Shown here: one piece after another, positions 20,539 to 30,489 of the stretch | Layout: every line of letters starts with the position of its first letter | Numbering within the stretch: position 1 is the first letter of the stretch | Assembly: GCA_023256475.1 (NCBI GenBank) | Contig: JAGDXP010000027.1 | Span: 2,106 to 66,105, forward strand | Reading direction: 5' to 3' | Source of the DNA: Thermoplasmata archaeon | GTDB taxonomy: Archaea > Thermoplasmatota > Thermoplasmata > Thermoplasmatales > GCA-001856825 | DNA: 64,000 bases | Notes under the pieces: model-generated | Database searches by the model: none | The model's input: only the letters and a program-made list of their open reading frames with translations | What the model was told of the DNA's origin: nothing | Made by a program: the position numbers and the translations under genes

Positions 20539-21795
20539 TCAAATAATTTTTTTCACTCTTATCTTCCCTTCTGAATACTCTAAGACAGTAATCTTCTCTC
20601 CCGCTTTAATTATTTCATCCGAGATTGCTGTCCAATCCTCTGATAAAACGTTCGCAACTCCTTCCTTTCCAGGAATGATATCAGTTTTTGCTACCCCATT
20701 TTTCCCCACAATCCTCTCTGGTCCAACCTTAGCTGGAGCCCTCATGGCTGCCTTTCTTAGTGCAATTATGTATATGGCACCTATGGGTAGAAGAGTTGCT
20801 TCTATAGCTATGAGTGCGTAATTACCGAATGAAAGGTAGGGAACATTGGATGAGTATGGAATGTCGACAGTCATCAGTAGACTACCTGCCACGGCCAAGA
20901 ACACGCCTGAAAGCATAGCCAGACCGTGTCCTAATTTTATTTCCAAGAATATGAGAGCCATTCCGATGAAAATCATTAGTAGACCAACTGGCTGTGCACC
21001 TATTAATTGGGATCCCCATAGGCCTATGGCTATTGAGATTATACCCAGAACACTTAAGAGTATAGACCCATGATAAATGTCAAGGAGAATGGCTATGGTC
21101 CCTATGAGTATAAAGAATCCGGCAACCGTAGAATTGCTAATAAATGATTCGAATTGCTGTATTGGACTTTCTGTAAAATTTATGTCACTATAACCGGAAT
21201 ATCCAAGAATATTCTTTACCTGTGATAGGGAATTTGCAATTCCATTGATAATTTTAACCTGTAGTGCCGATAATGCAGAATATGCTGTGTTATTTTCCAC
21301 CATGGTTGCAACTGCTGATACATTCCTGCCATGATCTTGAGCAAGTGCTATCATATAAGCAAGGGAAGCATTTACCACATGCTGCTCTTCTAACGCTGTA
21401 CCACCAATAATATATGGCTTTGAAGGACCAATAAAACTTCCATTGCCCATAAATATATTGTCAGATGCCATGGCAATGTACGATCCGGCTGAGGCTCCCA
21501 TATCGCCCGGTGGGATGTATGTTGTGATATTAATTTCAGATTCAGCGCTTGTTATCATGGATGCAATGGAAAAAGCGTTTACAAGATAGCCACCTGGGGT
21601 ATTCATGATTATTATCACGGGATAACCATTCTGTTCCGCATATGTCAGAGTACTCTGAAAATAGTCCTGAGCACCGGAATCCACAGCATAATCGAACTCA
21701 ATTATTACTACACTTTTCTGGTCGGCTGATGCCAATTGTAGCGCAAAAAACAATATTATCATAAATGAAATCAAAATGATCAGAGGAACCTTCAT
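20539..21795 (-). CDS. nfeD: Long NfeD / stomatin-partner membrane serine protease (ClpP class)
   Basis: MNTPGG, GASAGSYI, IG.SKP, HGRN; TM block; C-terminal OB domain. Confidence 0.9.
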   Translation of the reverse strand: MKVPLIILISFMIILFFALQLASADQKSVVIIEFDYAVDSGAQDYFQSTLTYAEQNGYPVIIIMNTPGGYLVNAFSIASMITSAESEINITTYIPPGDMGASAGSYIAMASDNIFMGNGSFIGPSKPYIIGGTALEEQHVVNASLAYMIALAQDHGRNVSAVATMVENNTAYSALSALQVKIINGIANSLSQVKNILGYSGYSDINFTESPIQQFESFISNSTVAGFFILIGTIAILLDIYHGSILLSVLGIISIAIGLWGSQLIGAQPVGLLMIFIGMALIFLEIKLGHGLAMLSGVFLAVAGSLLMTVDIPYSSNVPYLSFGNYALIAIEATLLPIGAIYIIALRKAAMRAPAKVGPERIVGKNGVAKTDIIPGKEGVANVLSEDWTAISDEIIKAGEKITVLEYSEGKIRVKKII

Positions 21796-21873
21796 AATTT
21801 TTAAACAAAATTAAATGAATAAGGATTTCTAAACTATACCGAGTTTTTAAATATCGTCATTACATAACTAATT

Positions 21874-23031
21874 ATGCCTGAAAAACCAGTTATTAATTGG
21901 GGATTAGAAGGTATTTACGTCAATGAAAGCTCAATATGCAAAGTTGATGGACAGAATGGTAAATTATGGTATAGAGGATACAGAATTGAAGATTTGGCTA
22001 GATATTCCAATTTTGAAGAAGTTTCATATCTGTTGCTGTACGGAAAGTTGCCTACCAAAGAAAATCTTGAAAAATTTCAGCAAAAACTGAGGAGCAGAAG
22101 GGAGGTACCCGAAGAGGTTCTAAATGTAATAAAAACCATGTCAAAAAAGTCCCATCCCATGGATGTATTGAGAACTGCAGCCTCCATGCTATCTATGTAT
22201 GACAATCAAGTCATGACAAGGGATATGGCTTTAAACGAGGATAAGATCATAACTCTAATTGCCAAGCTCTCCTCCATAACTGCTGCAATAGGAAGAATTA
22301 GGAAGGGGTTAGATTACATAGAACCTGATGAAAAATTGGACCACGCACAGAACTTTCTGTATATGTTGCATGGAAAGAAGCCTAATGACTCTGATAGAAA
22401 GATCATAGATTTGATGTTCATATTGCACGCTGAACATAGCACAAATGCATCTACCTTTGCGTCTCTTGTAACCGCATCAACATTGGCAGATATTTATTCA
22501 TCAGTAGTCACAGGAATTTCAACATTAAAAGGTCCATTGCACGGAGGTGCAGATGAAGCCGCCCTAAAGATGATGTATGCCATTGGTGAGCCTGAGAACA
22601 CTGAAAAATACATATTGGAAGCCTTAGAGGGCAAGCAGAGGATTATGGGTTTTGGACACAGAGTTTATAAAGTTTATGATCCCAGGGCCAAAATTGTGAG
22701 AGAGTATCTAGAGAAGAGACTACAGGAAAAGCCCACTGAAGAGGTAAGAAAATTACTGCAGATAGCTCTGAGGGCAGAAAAACTCATGATAGAAAAACTG
22801 GGAAATACCAAAGGAATCTGGCCTAACATAGATTTCTTTGCAGGACCACTCTATAGGTCTGTTGATATTGAAGCGGAGCTGTTTACACCCATATTCGTTT
22901 CTTCAAGGGTATCAGGCTGGGGTTCGCACATCTTGGAATACTGGCAGAACAACAAATTATTCAGGCCACTTGAATGGTACATGGGAAGATTGGATCTTGA
23001 ATACATTCCCATTGATAAGAGGGAAGAATGA
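21874..23031 (+). CDS. gltA: Citrate synthase
   Basis: GLEG, LWYRGY, HAEH..NASTF, GPLHGGA, MGFGHRVYK..DPRA, PNIDF. Confidence 0.96.
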   Translation: MPEKPVINWGLEGIYVNESSICKVDGQNGKLWYRGYRIEDLARYSNFEEVSYLLLYGKLPTKENLEKFQQKLRSRREVPEEVLNVIKTMSKKSHPMDVLRTAASMLSMYDNQVMTRDMALNEDKIITLIAKLSSITAAIGRIRKGLDYIEPDEKLDHAQNFLYMLHGKKPNDSDRKIIDLMFILHAEHSTNASTFASLVTASTLADIYSSVVTGISTLKGPLHGGADEAALKMMYAIGEPENTEKYILEALEGKQRIMGFGHRVYKVYDPRAKIVREYLEKRLQEKPTEEVRKLLQIALRAEKLMIEKLGNTKGIWPNIDFFAGPLYRSVDIEAELFTPIFVSSRVSGWGSHILEYWQNNKLFRPLEWYMGRLDLEYIPIDKREE

Positions 23032-23076
23032 TTTTGATATAAAAATTTAATATTCTATTCTAATTAAGGTGTTTGC

Positions 23077-23460
23077 ATGGCGATATATCAAGGTAGAGCT
23101 AGAGTAAAGATTTCAGGCGGAGTGCTTAGAAGATTAAGGCACAAGAGAAGGTTCGAACTCGGAAGAGAACCAACCAATACAGTAATAGGTTCAACAAAGA
23201 GAAAGGTAATTAGAACTATGGGTGGAAACTCGAAAGTCGTTCTATTGCGTGCAGAATATGCTAACGTCACAATTCCAAATGAAAGGAAGACTGTTAAGGC
23301 AAAGATCTTGCATGTTAAAGAAAATATAGCAGATCCACACTTTGCACAAAGAGGAATTATAACCAAAGGAGCCATTATAGAAACTGATCTTGGAATTTGC
23401 AGAGTCACATCCAGACCTGGTCAACACGGAAACGTTAATGCAATTCTATTGAATAAATGA
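23077..23460 (+). CDS. rps8e: 30S ribosomal protein S8e
   Basis: ELGREPT, MGGNSK, IITKGAII, VTSRPGQHG. Confidence 0.97.
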   Translation: MAIYQGRARVKISGGVLRRLRHKRRFELGREPTNTVIGSTKRKVIRTMGGNSKVVLLRAEYANVTIPNERKTVKAKILHVKENIADPHFAQRGIITKGAIIETDLGICRVTSRPGQHGNVNAILLNK

Positions 23461-23705
23461 AGAGAATAATCTGGGAAGCCTATTTTGATCCTTCAATCTC
23501 CAGGAAATATGGAAGAAGGGTAGTGAAGGGTCTAGATTATCAAAAAATAGAAGAAGTATTAAGGTCCATGGGTCTCAATTTCAGTGTTTCAACTGCCAGA
23601 TATCCAAGAGTACCCTGGAAAGAATATAAAAGATATGAGGTTGAGTGGGAAAAGCCTAAATGGGCTTTAATAAAAGAGATAGAAAAAAGATTGAAGGGTT
23701 CATAG
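23457..23705 (+). CDS. srp19: Signal recognition particle protein SRP19
   Basis: IIW..YFD...SRKYGRRV, YPR.PW; follows rps8e. Confidence 0.9.
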   Translation: MKRIIWEAYFDPSISRKYGRRVVKGLDYQKIEEVLRSMGLNFSVSTARYPRVPWKEYKRYEVEWEKPKWALIKEIEKRLKGS

Positions 23706-23747
23706 CTTCAATAGATTTTATAATATAAATTACATTTAGCAATAGAT

Positions 23748-24650
23748 ATGGAAATATTGGACTTTTATAAAGGGGAGCTGTCTGATTCATTCTTTTACAG
23801 GGAACTGGCTAAAAGGGAAAAGAATCCAAATCTTAAAGAAAAACTACTCGAGTTGAGCAAAATTGAATCCGGACATGCAAAGTTCTGGGAAAGCATGCTT
23901 AAGAAATACAACATACCTTATGATACAAAAATAAGTACTTCTAGGCTAAGGTATCTGATATTCCTCAAAAATGTTTTCGGCATATCATTTATAATAAATT
24001 TTCTAGAAGGAGGAGAGGCAAAGGCCATAGAAGACTATTCAAAATTCGCAGTTGAAACTAGTGATCCTGAGATAAAATCAAAGCTTCAAGATATTATAGA
24101 GGATGAAAAGAACCATGAACAGGCATTCATTCAAATGAGCCAGGAATTTTCATCCAATGCTGAAAAGACCAAAGATTCCATTTATGGAATGTCAGATGGT
24201 CTGATTGAGGTTCTGGCAGGTGTGGCCGGACTAACTGGAGTTCTATCCAACAACTTTTATGTGTTCATAGGGGGGCTAATTTTCGCTATTTCTGGGATGA
24301 TCTCCATGACAATAGGGGCATTCATATCAACCCGGGCATCATCCCAAATTAAAGGGGGGAATGATGGTTATTCCTCACTTCATGCTGCTGCTAACACAGC
24401 ATTTTTCTATTTCATTGGCGCTGTATTCCCACTGATCCCGTTCTTATTCTTGCCAAAGTATTTTGCACTATTGGTTGCCGTTGTGTTAGCATTAATAATA
24501 GATGCTCTAGCGGCAAGTGTAATATCGATTTCTTCAAGGGGGAATTTGAGAAAAGATATAATGGTCTCTTTGGCATTAATTTCTCTAGGGATAGTAGCTA
24601 CATTCCTCATTGGTGAAATAGTTCACCATTTCCTTGGAAATATAATTTGA
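23748..24650 (+). CDS. Rubrerythrin-domain / VIT1-CCC1 fusion (putative iron exporter)
   Basis: Two E..H motifs (ESGH, EKNH) followed by IYGMSDGL and ISMTIGAFIS. Confidence 0.88.
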   Translation: MEILDFYKGELSDSFFYRELAKREKNPNLKEKLLELSKIESGHAKFWESMLKKYNIPYDTKISTSRLRYLIFLKNVFGISFIINFLEGGEAKAIEDYSKFAVETSDPEIKSKLQDIIEDEKNHEQAFIQMSQEFSSNAEKTKDSIYGMSDGLIEVLAGVAGLTGVLSNNFYVFIGGLIFAISGMISMTIGAFISTRASSQIKGGNDGYSSLHAAANTAFFYFIGAVFPLIPFLFLPKYFALLVAVVLALIIDALAASVISISSRGNLRKDIMVSLALISLGIVATFLIGEIVHHFLGNII

Positions 24651-24652
24651 CT

Positions 24653-25114
24653 TTATTCTCTTTTAAATTTTCCCATGATTTCCGTTTTACCAACGATGTA
24701 CCTTTCTATTTCTCCATAGAATTGTTCCCGCGTCAGACCTGTCTTGAATTTTTCGTCTGTGGACAGTGCAAACAGTTTAAAATAATACCTGTGATAACCG
24801 TGGCCCCTTGGTGGGCATGGCCCGTTGTAGCCGATTTTTCCAAAGTCATTCTTTCCTTGTACTATGCCATTCATAAGATTACCCTTTTTCTCTATTCCTT
24901 CGTTTAAACTGGTCACATTCAATGGAATGTTGTATATTATCCAATGAGTGAAAATACCCACTGGTGCATCTGGATCTTCTACTATTAAGGCAAATGATTT
25001 TGTTCCAGCCGGATAATTTCCCCAACTTAAATCAGGTGAAACATCTTCCCCCTCGCATGTATATCTTCTAGGGATTTCACCGCCATCTTCAAAAGACTTG
25101 GTTCTCAACTGCAT
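24653..25114 (-). CDS. YbhB/YbcL (PEBP) family protein
   Basis: DPDAP, FTHW, GYNGPCPP, HRYYF. Confidence 0.95.
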   Translation of the reverse strand: MQLRTKSFEDGGEIPRRYTCEGEDVSPDLSWGNYPAGTKSFALIVEDPDAPVGIFTHWIIYNIPLNVTSLNEGIEKKGNLMNGIVQGKNDFGKIGYNGPCPPRGHGYHRYYFKLFALSTDEKFKTGLTREQFYGEIERYIVGKTEIMGKFKRE

Positions 25115-25192
25115 ATTCAGAATATTTACTTTCCATTATTTAACAGTTAAGAACTTATTAGAACGTACTATCTTAACTGTAGAAAAAGAATT

Positions 25193-27160
25193 TTATTTGT
25201 TTGACAGTTTTTTCCTAAAATTAGTTGCTATTTCTATATATTCATCTAGACATGATGGGTTTGCCATGGAAGATCTGTTCAGAGCTTTCTCAGGATTTAT
25301 GCCCATAAACAATTTCTTTATGGGTACTTCCATCTTCTTTCCATTTATGGTTTTTGGTATCTCCCTGACATAAATGATTTCATCTGGTACATGTCTAGGT
25401 GATAATTCCTTCTTTATGGTCTCCGCAATCTTATTTTTTAAATTTACCGCATCGACCTCGCCCTTGGGAACCACAAATAAAGGCATGTAATATTCTCCCC
25501 CCTCCAGCTCCACACCTATTATCAAACTTTCTTTAACTTCAGGTATGTTCTCAACAACCCTATAGATCTCAGCGGTTCCTATTCTTATACCTCTCCTTTT
25601 CAAAGTAGAATCTGACCTTCCCAAAATTATAGCTGTTTCCCTTTCAGTTATTATTATCCAATCTCCGTGATTCCATATTCCAGGGTACTTACTCAGATAT
25701 GTTTCAATATATCTTGAATAATCAGGATCGTTCCACAGTGAAACAGGCATAGATATGTATGGCTTTGTGATAACAAGTTCGCCTGTTTGGTTTATCAGAT
25801 CATTACCATAATCATCGTATGAATGGATGTCTGCCCCTAAATTTATGCATTGCAATTCCCCCTCATAAACCGGCCTAGTTGGGCATCCTCCAAGGAAGGC
25901 TGTACATACATCTGTTCCTCCACTGATTGATGCTAGCCATACATCACTCTTTACTCTTTCATATACGTACCTGAAAGCTTCAGGAGGCAAAGGAGAGCCT
26001 GTAGAACCAATCGCATAGAGATTCTTTAAGTCATATTTTCTTTTAACATCAATTTGCTCTTTCATACAATAAGTGAGAAAAGCTGCACTGGTTCCGAAGA
26101 ATGATATCCCAATCTCATCGGCCAATTGCCATAGAGAGTCCAGATTGGGGTAAGTGGCGCTGCCATCATATGTTATTGCTGAAGCTCCACTCCCAATGGA
26201 AGACAATAGAACATTCCACATCATCCAACCTGTTGTAGTGTACCAAAAGAATTTTTTCCCATGGCCCAGATTATAATGAATCTTTAACAATTTTAGATGT
26301 TCCAACAATATGTTTCCATGACCGTGCACAATAGCCTTTGGTGGACCAGTGGTACCTGATGAATACAAAATCCACAGAGGATCATTGAAATTCATCCTTT
26401 CATAAGTTGGATTTTTCTTCTCTTTTATTATATCATGCATTTCCGTAAATTTTCCTGTAGAATTATTGCCATTTCCTGGTACAAGAATCACTTCCCTTAT
26501 GCTCTTAATTCTTTCCGTTATCTTATCAATTACGTCTTCCCTCTTGAATAACTTTCCATTGTATTGATAGGATTCTACTGCAAACAAAATTTTCGGCTCA
26601 ATTTGGGAAAATCTGTCCAGTATCCCCTGTAACCCAAAGTCCGGTGAAGAACTTGACCATACAGCACCTATGGATGATGTTGCTAGCGACGCAATGATTG
26701 CTTCTGGGATATTAGGCAGTATAGATACCACTCTGTCTCCCGGTTTAACTCCTTTTTCACTTAGATATCTTCCTAAAGCTCCAACGTAACCTTTTAACTC
26801 ATCCGAAGTGATTTTTGATTTTAGGCCATTCTCGTTATAACTATATATTGGAACGTCAGATATTTTCTCCCTTGCAAGAATATTTTCAGCATAATTTAGC
26901 TTAACATTTGGAAACCATTTCTGATAAGGCATAGTGGTTTCTGAAATTACTGTATCAGTTGATCCTTCATGTAAAATATTGAAATACCAAAAGAGTTCTT
27001 TCCAAAACTCCTTATAATTTTTCACAGACCACCTTCTGAATTCAACATAATCTCTAAATTCCACGGAATATTTGTTCTCAATAAAATTCTGAAATCTTGA
27101 GAATTCGGAATTTTTCGTATATTCACTAGATGGAGTCCATAGAATTTTAGGATTTGACAT
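25193..27160 (-). CDS. Acetoacetate-CoA ligase
   Basis: SSSPDFG, ILYSSGTTGPPKAIVHGHG, TTGWMMWN, SISGGTD, GKKMEVPIK. Confidence 0.92.
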   Translation of the reverse strand: MSNPKILWTPSSEYTKNSEFSRFQNFIENKYSVEFRDYVEFRRWSVKNYKEFWKELFWYFNILHEGSTDTVISETTMPYQKWFPNVKLNYAENILAREKISDVPIYSYNENGLKSKITSDELKGYVGALGRYLSEKGVKPGDRVVSILPNIPEAIIASLATSSIGAVWSSSSPDFGLQGILDRFSQIEPKILFAVESYQYNGKLFKREDVIDKITERIKSIREVILVPGNGNNSTGKFTEMHDIIKEKKNPTYERMNFNDPLWILYSSGTTGPPKAIVHGHGNILLEHLKLLKIHYNLGHGKKFFWYTTTGWMMWNVLLSSIGSGASAITYDGSATYPNLDSLWQLADEIGISFFGTSAAFLTYCMKEQIDVKRKYDLKNLYAIGSTGSPLPPEAFRYVYERVKSDVWLASISGGTDVCTAFLGGCPTRPVYEGELQCINLGADIHSYDDYGNDLINQTGELVITKPYISMPVSLWNDPDYSRYIETYLSKYPGIWNHGDWIIITERETAIILGRSDSTLKRRGIRIGTAEIYRVVENIPEVKESLIIGVELEGGEYYMPLFVVPKGEVDAVNLKNKIAETIKKELSPRHVPDEIIYVREIPKTINGKKMEVPIKKLFMGINPEKALNRSSMANPSCLDEYIEIATNFRKKLSNK

Positions 27161-27168
27161 ATTTTCTC

Positions 27169-28194
27169 CTATGGTTCTGAGGATTCATTTGAAAATTTCT
27201 TCAAGAGGTGCAATTCATTTGGTTTAAATATTCCATACTCCGTTATGAACCCAGTTACATATTTATTGGGCGTAACATCGAAAGCCGGGTTATATGCATT
27301 TGATTCTTCAGGTGCAATCAATTCTGAACCGATTTTCTTCACTTCATCCTCAGATCTTTCCTCAATGGGAATTTTTGAACCGTCTTCAATGCTGAAATCG
27401 AAGGTGGTAATAGGTGCTGCAACATAAAATTCCTTCCCGTGTTCATGGGCCAGGACTGCTTTTTCATAAGTGCCTATTTTATTTGCAAAATCACCATTAG
27501 AGGCTATTCTATCTGCACCCACTATAACCAGATCAATCTGATCCCTAGAAAATAACAGCCCAGCTGCATTATCTGCAATGATTCTATGTGGGATCCCCTC
27601 TTGAAGCAATTCCCATGCGGTGAGTTTAGCACCCTGAAGTCTTGGTCTAGTTTCATCTACCCAGACAAACAGTTTCTTTGCATATTCCTTGGCAATTCTA
27701 ATGGGAGCAAGGGCAGTTCCATAGTCCACTGAAGCTAAAGCTCCTGCATTGCAATGCGTCAATATTCTCGTTTCGTTTCTAATAATTTCATTGCCATTTA
27801 AACCAATCTTCCTGCTCTTTTCTATAATGGAATCCACATATTTCTTTGCATATTCTTCTTCTTTGCCTTTGTGTGAAAGAACATAGTCTACTGCATAGAA
27901 AAGATCATACGCTGTTGGTCGTGATGACTTTATCAATCTGGCCGCGCTGTCTAAGTCCTCACCCAAGGCCTTTGCCTGGGCTATTCCATAGGCTGCAGCT
28001 GCACCGATGGATGGGGCACCCCTGATTGCCATGTCCTTTATTGCCCTATAGAGCTCCTGGGTATTTTTGATCTCTATTATTTTCAATTCTTTTGGGAGCA
28101 ATCTTTGATCTATCATTTTAATAACTGGACTCTCATACCAGACTGCCCTTATGTTCTCAGTTTTACCATTCAAATTTACCTTCATAGTTCTCAA
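27169..28194 (-). CDS. mtnA: S-methyl-5-thioribose-1-phosphate isomerase
   Basis: IDQRLLP, IRGAP, THCNAGALA, DETRPRLQGAKLTAWEL, NKIGTY. Confidence 0.93.
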   Translation of the reverse strand: MRTMKVNLNGKTENIRAVWYESPVIKMIDQRLLPKELKIIEIKNTQELYRAIKDMAIRGAPSIGAAAAYGIAQAKALGEDLDSAARLIKSSRPTAYDLFYAVDYVLSHKGKEEEYAKKYVDSIIEKSRKIGLNGNEIIRNETRILTHCNAGALASVDYGTALAPIRIAKEYAKKLFVWVDETRPRLQGAKLTAWELLQEGIPHRIIADNAAGLLFSRDQIDLVIVGADRIASNGDFANKIGTYEKAVLAHEHGKEFYVAAPITTFDFSIEDGSKIPIEERSEDEVKKIGSELIAPEESNAYNPAFDVTPNKYVTGFITEYGIFKPNELHLLKKFSNESSEP

Positions 28195-28273
28195 ATATGT
28201 GACATTATAAATTGTTTACTTATGAGTTCTACTTTTGAGAAAATGTTAATATTAATTTCATCATAATTGATTT

Positions 28274-29491
28274 GTGGATCTTCCCCTAGCCGAAAAATAT
28301 AGACCCCAATTATTGGACCAATTGAAAAGGGATAAAGCAGTCGAAGAAATCAGGAAATGGGCTAGGGCATGGAAAGAAGGCAATCCCATAAAACCTGGCT
28401 TGCTGATATATGGTCCACCCGGAACTGGAAAAACATCCGCTGCAATGGCACTTGCCAGAGAAATGGGATGGGAATATTATGAACTAAATGCCTCAGATAT
28501 TAGATCCAAAAAATTACTGGAACAGACTGCTATTCTAACATCACAATACTTCCAACTATCCGACCATCCTTCCAGGCTAAAATTGATAGTTCTGGATGAA
28601 GTCGATTCGCTCTATGAACGAAATGAGCAGGGTTACGACACTGGAGGTAAATCTGCGATTTTGCAACTTTTGAATAATACCAAGAATCCAGTTGTGCTAA
28701 TAGCCAATGATCCGTACGAGCTCAAAAGCACCATAACTGGGAGGCAGATTGCTGATAAGTGCATTGAGGTGAATTTTCAAAGGTACAGATCAACTCAAAT
28801 ATTTTCAACACTTAAAGAGATATGCCTAAAGGAAAATATGAGCTGCCCGGATGATGTCCTCAAGGAAATTTCGGAAAGGGCTAATGGAGACATGAGGGCT
28901 GCCATAAATGACCTTGAGGGTTTTAATTCAAATTTCAGGGGTGAATCAAGAGACCAGACTGAAAATATATATTCATTAATAAATGATGCACTCTTCGGAA
29001 AAAGGGATTTCCAAGAGATAAAGTCAGGCATAATCAATTTAGGTGAAGATCCCAATAATCTCATTCTTTTCTTCATTGAAAATTTATTCAAACTAACTGA
29101 TGATAGATTAAAGTTCCATGAAGCTATGGAAAGGTTGGCCAAAGCTGATGTATTCTTGGGCAGGGTTTTGAGCAGGCAAAATTATGCAATGTGGGGATAC
29201 GCTAACGACCTCATGTCATCGATTTCCACAATGAGACTATCTCCCAGCAGAACTTATAGATTTTCCTATCCTAATTTAATTAAGAAAATGGCAGAACTGA
29301 GAACAAGCAGGAACATAAGGAGGAATATTTCTGCCATGGGCGGCAGGTATGTGCATAAATCTTCAAATTTTGTCTCCTTAAATATATTGCCAATTATTTC
29401 ACTTATCTCCTCCAAAGACGAAAATTTTAACAAAAGGATGAAGGAAAGATTTGGAGATATATTTGAGGAATTACAGTCTATTGAACCCTAA
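28274..29491 (+). CDS. rfcL: Replication factor C large subunit
   Basis: EKYRP, GPPGTGKT, ELNASD, DEVD, GDMRAAINDL. Confidence 0.93.
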   Translation: MDLPLAEKYRPQLLDQLKRDKAVEEIRKWARAWKEGNPIKPGLLIYGPPGTGKTSAAMALAREMGWEYYELNASDIRSKKLLEQTAILTSQYFQLSDHPSRLKLIVLDEVDSLYERNEQGYDTGGKSAILQLLNNTKNPVVLIANDPYELKSTITGRQIADKCIEVNFQRYRSTQIFSTLKEICLKENMSCPDDVLKEISERANGDMRAAINDLEGFNSNFRGESRDQTENIYSLINDALFGKRDFQEIKSGIINLGEDPNNLILFFIENLFKLTDDRLKFHEAMERLAKADVFLGRVLSRQNYAMWGYANDLMSSISTMRLSPSRTYRFSYPNLIKKMAELRTSRNIRRNISAMGGRYVHKSSNFVSLNILPIISLISSKDENFNKRMKERFGDIFEELQSIEP

Positions 29492-29722
29492 TTTCTCGTA
29501 CAATGACTTTAACGTACCGCTAACCCTTATTACCTTAATCCCATTTTTGTCCAGGTCCTTTTTTAGTTTCTCCAGATTAAAATGTTTCACCGCTAAAAAG
29601 TCAACACCCTTATATTTTACAAATCTGCCATCATATTTTCCCAGAATCCCCTTTAGCACTAAAAAATTTGATGGTTGGACATATAGATATCTCCTGCGTC
29701 CAACCTTTGATTTAACAGTCAT
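29471..29722 (-). CDS. Compact Pop5/Rpp14-like protein (possible RNase P subunit)
   Basis: N-terminal RRRYL and C-terminal VSGTLK are Pop5 hallmarks; only 83 aa; overlaps the TBP stop. Confidence 0.6.
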   Translation of the reverse strand: MTVKSKVGRRRYLYVQPSNFLVLKGILGKYDGRFVKYKGVDFLAVKHFNLEKLKKDLDKNGIKVIRVSGTLKSLYEKLGFNRL

Positions 29723-30276
29723 TTAACTGTTGTTATCTTTTCCAAATCTTTCTTCAGTATTTTAACTGCCTGAACAATTTCTCCCTTTTCCTTTGCACCA
29801 GTGCAAACTACTTTTCCAGATCCGAAAAGCAACAAAACAACCTTAGGCTCTTCAATCCTGTAAACTAGTCCTGGAAACTGTTCGGGTTCATATTCAACGT
29901 TTTCAAGACCTAGTGACATGGCAATGTTTGTGAGATTTAATTGCATCTTTAAATCATAAACAGCAACTATATTCTGCACTACAATTTCTGGGTTATTGTT
30001 TACATTGATACCTGCTTTTTTCAATTTATCCACTATTGTCCTAATGGTCTGATTAACCGCATCAATGGTCTTTGCCCCTGTACAGTTGACCTTTCCAGAC
30101 CTAAAAATGAGAACTGCTGTCTTCGGTTCCTGGAGCCTATATATCAATCCTGGAAACTGTTCGGGTTCATATTCTGATCCTTCCAAAGCAAGAGCTATTT
30201 TGCTTAAATCAAGTTTATCTGCCAGGGATGTTGATGCCACAATATTTTCTATTGCAATTTCCTCTTCCTCTGACAT
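29719..30276 (-). CDS. tbp: TATA-box binding protein
   Basis: Two NIVA...YEPEQFPGL...F.SGKV.CTGAK repeats. Confidence 0.98.
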   Translation of the reverse strand: MSEEEEIAIENIVASTSLADKLDLSKIALALEGSEYEPEQFPGLIYRLQEPKTAVLIFRSGKVNCTGAKTIDAVNQTIRTIVDKLKKAGINVNNNPEIVVQNIVAVYDLKMQLNLTNIAMSLGLENVEYEPEQFPGLVYRIEEPKVVLLLFGSGKVVCTGAKEKGEIVQAVKILKKDLEKITTVK

Positions 30277-30489
30277 AATTATCGAACTTTATATACCCTA
30301 TATATATAAAATTTTGCAACTTAAGATCAAACATGTTACTGTAGATTCAATAGAATTATCCCATACAATTGATCATGAAAAATTATTAATGATTCAGTTT
30401 CTATATAAATATAGCTGATCTAATTTAGCATTAATTTTCAGTTAATATTTTCCAAGAAAGTTTTTCAATGATTATAGTATTGAGACTCA

